62,343 nt of DNA. Source: a virus (lineage: Duplodnaviria > Caudoviricetes). Below the pieces are notes generated by a model, which searched no databases, was not told where the DNA came from, and worked only from the letters and a program-made list of their open reading frames with translations. Below are positions 57,254-62,343 of this stretch, piece by piece (position 1 is the stretch's first letter; every line of letters starts with the position of its first letter). The stretch spans positions 1 through 62,343 of IMG/VR virus record IMGVR_UViG_3300037851_000300; one strand, given 5' to 3'. A program made the translations under genes and the position numbers.

Positions 57254-58078
57254 TTAGGGAAGTTCAACTATTCTGTAAAGTACGTCAAACTTAAAATATG
57301 TATCACCATCAATCGTGGGATTAGAACCGGAAGTGAAATATACCGCCTCGGAAGGAGAGGCTTTATTTACATCTATGGCATATCTTGTCTGATATGAGGG
57401 GGAAGCCGTTGAACTTGAGCCGTTGCCGGTTATAAAGCCAGTAGAGAACGAAGCAGTCAAAGCCACGCCTGTTGCTCCGTCATATTTTACTTCAAGTCCG
57501 TCCAATATACCGTGCCAAGAATCAGAAGAGAAGTACCTGTATCCAGTTATAGCCACAAGTTCAATCACTTTGCCATCTCCCGGATCGGCAATAACCTGTA
57601 TCGGTGTGGCGTTAATTGTATCTAAAGATGCACTTGCTAATGTTACGCTAACACTTTGTAATCCAACTGCTTTCCAGACAGAAGTTGTTTCATCTCCGGT
57701 ATTCTCATAAAGACCGCGAAGTGAATAATCTGCATTGAGAAGGTGAAACGTAGCACCCTTCAAAAACCCGGATGTACCGGATGGGAGAGTATTGCCTTGT
57801 GCCTCTACTATATAGCCATCATCATTCTCCTGAATGACCGCATTATATTGATACTGCTCTCTTGTGGCTAACCAAGCTGATTCGCTGGCCGTGCGTTGAG
57901 CAACAGGGATACTTACCAATCTGTCTATCTCCTCCTGATCGGTGAATGGTAAGTCCTTCTTGAGAGCAAAAGGAACACTCCCTAAATTATCCTCTACTTT
58001 TGACGGAAGAGCTTTTATAAACAGAACGAGCGACAGTCCTGCGAATAAAGCTACGAATACGATTATAAATTTTTTCAC
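57254..58078 (-). CDS. Signal-anchor virion-region protein
   Basis: MKKFIIVFVALFAGLSLVLF; LYENTGDETTSVW; INATPIQVIADPGDGK. Confidence 0.65.
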   Translation of the reverse strand: MKKFIIVFVALFAGLSLVLFIKALPSKVEDNLGSVPFALKKDLPFTDQEEIDRLVSIPVAQRTASESAWLATREQYQYNAVIQENDDGYIVEAQGNTLPSGTSGFLKGATFHLLNADYSLRGLYENTGDETTSVWKAVGLQSVSVTLASASLDTINATPIQVIADPGDGKVIELVAITGYRYFSSDSWHGILDGLEVKYDGATGVALTASFSTGFITGNGSSSTASPSYQTRYAIDVNKASPSEAVYFTSGSNPTIDGDTYFKFDVLYRIVELP

Positions 58079-58150
58079 AGTTCTACCGCTATGAACGGAT
58101 AATGTGATAACCGATGCCGGTAATCTGTAATACCGACATCCGTAATTACA

Positions 58151-58381
58151 CTATTTAACCTTCGGCTTTTTTGGCTTTGGCTCTTCTTCGCTCTCTTCCA
58201 CTTCACCGAAAAATATCTCTTTCTCGGCCGGTGTCAGATATGGACTGCGAGCTTTCAGAAAACCCTTCTCGGCTTCTGTCAGATTCAATGGAGAACCTGT
58301 ATTCAATAATCTGCTAAGCTCTTCCTGCACATCTTTAGGCAGTCCCGATTTTGGAAGCGCCGGATTCTGTGTTGATGGCAT
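58151..58381 (-). CDS. Hypothetical protein
   Basis: FLKARSPYLT ORF. Confidence 0.55.
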   Translation of the reverse strand: MPSTQNPALPKSGLPKDVQEELSRLLNTGSPLNLTEAEKGFLKARSPYLTPAEKEIFFGEVEESEEEPKPKKPKVK

Positions 58382-58877
58382 CTTTTGTTACCGCCTCATC
58401 CTCCGGAGTGCTATCCGTTTCTACGGATTCCACTTCGTAAGAAGATGGTACAGTTTTTAATTTTGTTTTGATACGATTTAGAAATTCGTTCTTTGCCCTC
58501 AATAGCTTATTAGTAGCATCAAGCTTCTCTGCGTGAACCTGCGTTGTCCTCAATGATGCCTTTGCCGTGTCTATAATCTCCTCTACCCTCTCAAGATTGA
58601 TTTTAGTTCTCTCGTCATTGTGCCCGGTAGATAGGCGAGCTTTCATCCGGTCATACCTTTGCTGGTTATATTCAATGATGTTATTGATTCTCTTCTCTTC
58701 GTGTTCTTTGAGGAAGTTGAGAGTAAGTTCGTTATCGAGAATATCCTGCTGTTGCTGATTTATGAGTTGAGTAAGCCGTCTGCGCTTCTCTGAAAATAGC
58801 AAACCATTTTTTACGGCGACAAAAGTTATCGCTGTTCCAATCTCTATCGCTATGATTGCTAAGAGTATTATTGTCAT
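58335..58877 (-). CDS. TM + coiled-coil protein
   Basis: Hydrophobic N-terminus and heptads. Confidence 0.55.
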   Translation of the reverse strand: MTIILLAIIAIEIGTAITFVAVKNGLLFSEKRRRLTQLINQQQQDILDNELTLNFLKEHEEKRINNIIEYNQQRYDRMKARLSTGHNDERTKINLERVEEIIDTAKASLRTTQVHAEKLDATNKLLRAKNEFLNRIKTKLKTVPSSYEVESVETDSTPEDEAVTKDAINTESGASKIGTA

Positions 58878-58909
58878 CTATTTATATTTTACTGCTTTTT
58901 TACAAAAAA

Positions 58910-59215
58910 TCAATATGTGTTGATAACTTCATCAAGTTTCTTGGAACAATCTGAACATATACCCGGACGACCACTGCTCTCTCTGGCGTGATATTTTCCA
59001 CATCCATCTGAAGAGCAGATGTTGTTGCTGAATTTTATCGTACACCTTGAACACCGTGTGTTATCGTTAGCATACAAAGCTCTCGTTTTTCCAAAATAAT
59101 AATCATCTTCGCTGGATATATTCAAATCTTCTAATTCATCTTCAACAAGGATGTTGCATTTTGGACATTCATCCACCGGCAAAGTATATCCGTGCAAACG
59201 ACATATTTTTATCAT
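58910..59215 (-). CDS. Cys-rich zinc-binding protein
   Basis: Multiple CxxC. Confidence 0.55.
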   Translation of the reverse strand: MIKICRLHGYTLPVDECPKCNILVEDELEDLNISSEDDYYFGKTRALYANDNTRCSRCTIKFSNNICSSDGCGKYHARESSGRPGICSDCSKKLDEVINTY

Positions 59216-60622
59216 TTAGGTTATTACCTCCCAATCTATGCCACCGACTACGGTGTTGCGCATAGGCCCGGAGCGTTTATATTTTTTATTCGTATCAACT
59301 TCAAATAACATTCGCATTATAAGCATATCGGAATAATCCGGTGAACGTCCGATGTTTTCCTTAATCATATCCTTTGGAACAAGGTCAAGCTTACCGTCTT
59401 TGTCCGGGTCTTTGCGCTTAATCTGTTCAAGCTCCTGAATTATCTTCTCTCTCAATGCTATGTCATCTGTCAAAACTGCCACTTCACGGTTATTCACTTT
59501 CTCTGCAAACAGATAAGCACATTGAGCTTTGAGGTTCGCATAGTTCTGCGGAATATATACTTTCTTGCCGGCCTGCTTCTCTTCCTGCTTGAATGGAGAA
59601 GCATTTGCTATGAAGCCCCTTACGCCTCCGCCAAGCATATCTATTACGCCTCCGCCTACACCACCCTCATCAATGGCAATTCTTGAATATGGAACGCGGT
59701 GATCCGTTGAAATCTGCCTTATGTCCTCCGCCGTAATGTTCAACCCTTGCTTCTCTTTGGTTATGATGGGCGAGCAAACGAAACCAGACCAAACACCGAT
59801 TGTTGTCTTGTCCTTACCGAACCGGGCAATATCGCCGGTCATATACTTCGGGCCGTCATCTACGACATTATGAAATATATCCATTATGGCATCATACGGC
59901 ATCAATGCGCTCTTATCGTTATCGTATTCCCAATTACCACGCAACAACCTTTCCTTCTGAACAGTATCGGTCAAAGATAGCAAAGCATCCTTATACCCGG
60001 ATTCACCAAACAGGTTATCATCCACAAGAGATTGTATGAACGCTCTGTTCTCCGGTAACTTACCTTCCCGGAACAGTTTATAAAATAAAAGATACTGCCA
60101 GTTCTTTGAGGGGTTACCGGTTACGAGTATCTTGCGCATTAGTCCATAGCGGTCGTTCAGATGCCTGCCCACTCTGGTTTTGAGAATATCATAAGCTCCG
60201 AAATGCACATCTCCACCTTCTTCTATCCAGCCCACCGTGTATTCAGAAGATCCGAAGCGTTCATATAGCGGATCGGAAGGCATATATCCTACATCAAGCA
60301 AATCTATCCGGCTCTTATTCTTGAACTCAATGTAATTGTATTTACCATCCAAGCGCCATTCCGATTGAGGCACTTCCATAGCTGTCATTACCTTATTGAA
60401 AGTAATGAATGTCGTCTGCATTATTTTCTTTAGTTCATCGCGAGCTATAAAACTCTTAATGCCCGGATAGGCCAAAGACAGAATCGATTGCCAAATACAA
60501 CCGAGAAAGGTTTTACCCCCTCCAGCACCACCGCCAAAGAGAAGCTCATTCGTCTTGTTGTCCCGCAGTAACTCCAACGCTTGCTGTTGCTTCGGAGTTA
60601 CTTCTATCCTTAATGTTGCCAT
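59216..60622 (-). CDS. terL: Terminase large subunit
   Basis: GGGAGGGKT Walker A, WIEEG, TGNP, GDIARFGKD, GRSPDYSD. Confidence 0.95.
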   Translation of the reverse strand: MATLRIEVTPKQQQALELLRDNKTNELLFGGGAGGGKTFLGCIWQSILSLAYPGIKSFIARDELKKIMQTTFITFNKVMTAMEVPQSEWRLDGKYNYIEFKNKSRIDLLDVGYMPSDPLYERFGSSEYTVGWIEEGGDVHFGAYDILKTRVGRHLNDRYGLMRKILVTGNPSKNWQYLLFYKLFREGKLPENRAFIQSLVDDNLFGESGYKDALLSLTDTVQKERLLRGNWEYDNDKSALMPYDAIMDIFHNVVDDGPKYMTGDIARFGKDKTTIGVWSGFVCSPIITKEKQGLNITAEDIRQISTDHRVPYSRIAIDEGGVGGGVIDMLGGGVRGFIANASPFKQEEKQAGKKVYIPQNYANLKAQCAYLFAEKVNNREVAVLTDDIALREKIIQELEQIKRKDPDKDGKLDLVPKDMIKENIGRSPDYSDMLIMRMLFEVDTNKKYKRSGPMRNTVVGGIDWEVIT

Positions 60623-61109
60623 TTTTTACAATGATCTCAACTTTATCAACTTTGAAAGGAATACCACCCATTCCCACATCACCATTCCATTCGTGATTCT
60701 TCAGCCAGAAGATAGCCCCGGTTACTTGCGCCCCATACAATCTGCTCTCCCAATACTCAATAACAATACTCTGTGCCTTCTTTATTATGACGGCCAAAGC
60801 ATCTTTACCCTTTCCATAATTCAGTAGAGTTTCCCTGTCAGTATCTAAGGCATTTGCCAATCCTGTCATCGTGAGAGGACGCCATTTCTCTATGCAGTCC
60901 TGAAAGTAATCAGCGATAATAGAGGCAATCTGTTCAACAGTGAACTTTTCTAAGATAGCACGGCCCCGGCCCTTGTCTGCTTTCTTGAGCGGATGATCCT
61001 TCATTAGCTTTTTGATATCCAAATCTTTTATCCGGTTTATGGGATAACTCTTACCTTTGGCTTTTGACTGCTTCTTACGCTTTTTGGGCTTTGGTGCCAT
61101 ATTTATCAA
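60546..61109 (-). CDS. terS: Terminase small subunit (P22 gp3-like)
   Basis: LTMTGLANAL.TDRETLLNY, GAIFWLKN; upstream of TerL. Confidence 0.85.
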   Translation of the reverse strand: MINMAPKPKKRKKQSKAKGKSYPINRIKDLDIKKLMKDHPLKKADKGRGRAILEKFTVEQIASIIADYFQDCIEKWRPLTMTGLANALDTDRETLLNYGKGKDALAVIIKKAQSIVIEYWESRLYGAQVTGAIFWLKNHEWNGDVGMGGIPFKVDKVEIIVKNGNIKDRSNSEATASVGVTAGQQDE

Positions 61110-61199
61110 TGTTATATTGCCCTATACGCTGTTATTTACGACAGGCCTTGCATATACCACCTTTTGTTTTACGGTGCCGGCGACATTTTATACACTTGG

Positions 61200-61559
61200 T
61201 CATTTTGAACTTTTTTCTGACTTATAAAATTTATTACGAACCTTCTTGGTTATCGGCTTGGCTTTCTTGAGATACGCCCGGATTACTTTCTTCTTTGACT
61301 TTGAGGACATACTCTCCATCACTTTCTTGGTTATCCTCCTAACTGTTCTTTCGTGCGCCTTTGGATGTTCGAGATGATATCTTTCGTGGTAAATAGTATC
61401 AGCAAGTCCGTGATAACCTATTTTCGATTTCTTAGTGAAGGGCCGGCGCTTAGACATTCTGGCATTAACCCTTATTATTCTGTTCCCGGTCAATGTTTCA
61501 CCATATACCTTACTCCGGTTATCTATATATAGTTTTGGAGATTTGTTTTTCATAAGCAC
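61200..61559 (-). CDS. Small basic HExxH zincin-like protein
   Basis: YGET..IRVN..DTIYHERYH. Confidence 0.6.
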   Translation of the reverse strand: MLMKNKSPKLYIDNRSKVYGETLTGNRIIRVNARMSKRRPFTKKSKIGYHGLADTIYHERYHLEHPKAHERTVRRITKKVMESMSSKSKKKVIRAYLKKAKPITKKVRNKFYKSEKSSK

Positions 61560-61600
61560 AAAAAAGCCGGGGCCTATTTTATGTTGGATCTCCCCAGCTT
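61558..61600 (-). terminator. Intrinsic terminator just downstream of the putative late promoter
   Basis: AAGCUGGGG...CCCCGGCUU + U tract. Confidence 0.6.
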
Positions 61601-61638
61601 CAAAACTCTTATTTTTTGATTTACGATGCGCATATCCT

Positions 61639-61667
61639 ATTATACACTATTTTTTAATGTCAAGCAA
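61639..61667 (-). promoter_or_regulatory. Putative late promoter TTGCTT-17-TATAAT
   Basis: Upstream of the packaging operon. Confidence 0.55.
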
Positions 61668-62118
61668 CTCTATCTCCCAAGTATCCTGTAATTTCATCAC
61701 CACACTACCGAACGCTGGAGATTTACCTTTCTTTCCTAATCCGCTTTCAAATTTAATTCTGCCATTTGGAATATATAATTTTCCCCCCCCCTACTGAACT
61801 ATGAAATCTCTCTGTTGTTATGAACTCAATAGGGAATAGAATATAAATATCGTTCTTTACTTTCTGATATGTTTCTACGGCCTTAATCATAAATTCGTGC
61901 TTTCTTGTGAATGGAGGATTGATCCAGATCCGCTTATATATTGTCCAGTCTTTGGCAAGTCCGTCTGTCTTTATAGTATCATAAGTAATTATCCCAAACT
62001 CTTTTGCCTTCTCTTCGGTAGTTGCTGGATCATAATCAAAACTACCAAATCGAGCTACAAACTCTCTCGGCGTATAATACTCATTGTCTTTCGTAAATTG
62101 AACTTGCGACTTTGCCAT
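61647..62118 (-). CDS. Phage N6-adenine DNA methyltransferase, frameshifted at a G9 tract
   Basis: YYTP, YDPA, DGL, WINPPF; C-terminus GRIKF..KSPAFGS in the shifted frame. Confidence 0.85.
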
Positions 62119-62128
62119 ATATGCTTAG

Positions 62129-62343
62129 GACTTCTGGCGATGTTATCCTCTACTCAACCTCCCTCGTTACCTTCGTCTCCTCACTCCCGCAGTGGATACA
62201 GACCTCTGGCCCTCTGTAGTGCATCTTACAGACCAGACACCACCGCCATTCTTCTTTAGTCTTTACTGGCCACTTTTGGCTTTCTTCAAGGTCTATTTCT
62301 ATTGTTTTTTCTGGCATGTTTTGCATTTGCAATCTTGTTTATG
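62129..62343. repeat. Direct repeat, copy 2 (window end)
   Basis: Offset 34,751 from copy 1. Confidence 0.97.
62150..62332 (-). CDS. Small zinc-finger protein (copy 2)
   Basis: 59/60 identical to 27399-27581. Confidence 0.7.
   Translation of the reverse strand: MQMQNMPEKTIEIDLEESQKWPVKTKEEWRWCLVCKMHYRGPEVCIHCGSEETKVTREVE

Larger units (their letters stand above)
27466..62343 (-). mobile_element. Phage B: apparently complete circular podovirus-like genome of 34,751 bp
   Basis: Second full head module (TerS, TerL, portal, scaffold, MCP); last 127 bp identical to 27466-27592; CCGG/GATC-rich. Confidence 0.85.

Noticed and set aside
33524-62259. Many + strand ORFs in phage B (and - strand ORFs in phage A)
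   Set aside because: Shadow frames opposite well-supported genes

Overview
The window holds parts of two unrelated podovirus-type tailed phages joined head-to-head. Phage A (1 to ~27.4 kb, + strand, incomplete) runs: portal end, scaffold, a SU10/DUF5309-type major capsid gene split by two group I introns, a glycosyltransferase/methyltransferase cluster, Ser/Thr-rich fibre genes, tail and ejection genes, and lysis genes. Phage B (27466-62343, - strand) closes as a 34,751-bp circle: the last 127 bp of the window are identical to 27466-27592, so the join is probably an assembly-graph junction through a module both phages share. By eye, A has no GATC or CCGG sites and B is rich in both. B encodes TerS, TerL, portal, scaffold, a capsid protein with an inserted beta domain, a giant polyvalent ejection protein, Sak/PD-(D/E)xK recombination genes and a G9-frameshifted adenine methyltransferase. 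Two candidate new systems stand out. (1) Two routes to virion decoration: A has its own cytoplasmic glycosylation cluster, while B's morphogenesis proteins carry signal peptides, an LG motif and many A-S-x-S motifs. (2) B has a compact regulatory circuit of a leaderless HTH gene, shared operators, an attenuator, and a small antisense RNA complementary to the start codons of two other transcripts. Also seen: a dead PIG-L deacetylase overprinted by a new ORF, and a homing-endonuclease scar at the endolysin 3' end. A Patescibacteria (CPR) host is plausible but inferred. All family calls come from motif recognition, not database searches.
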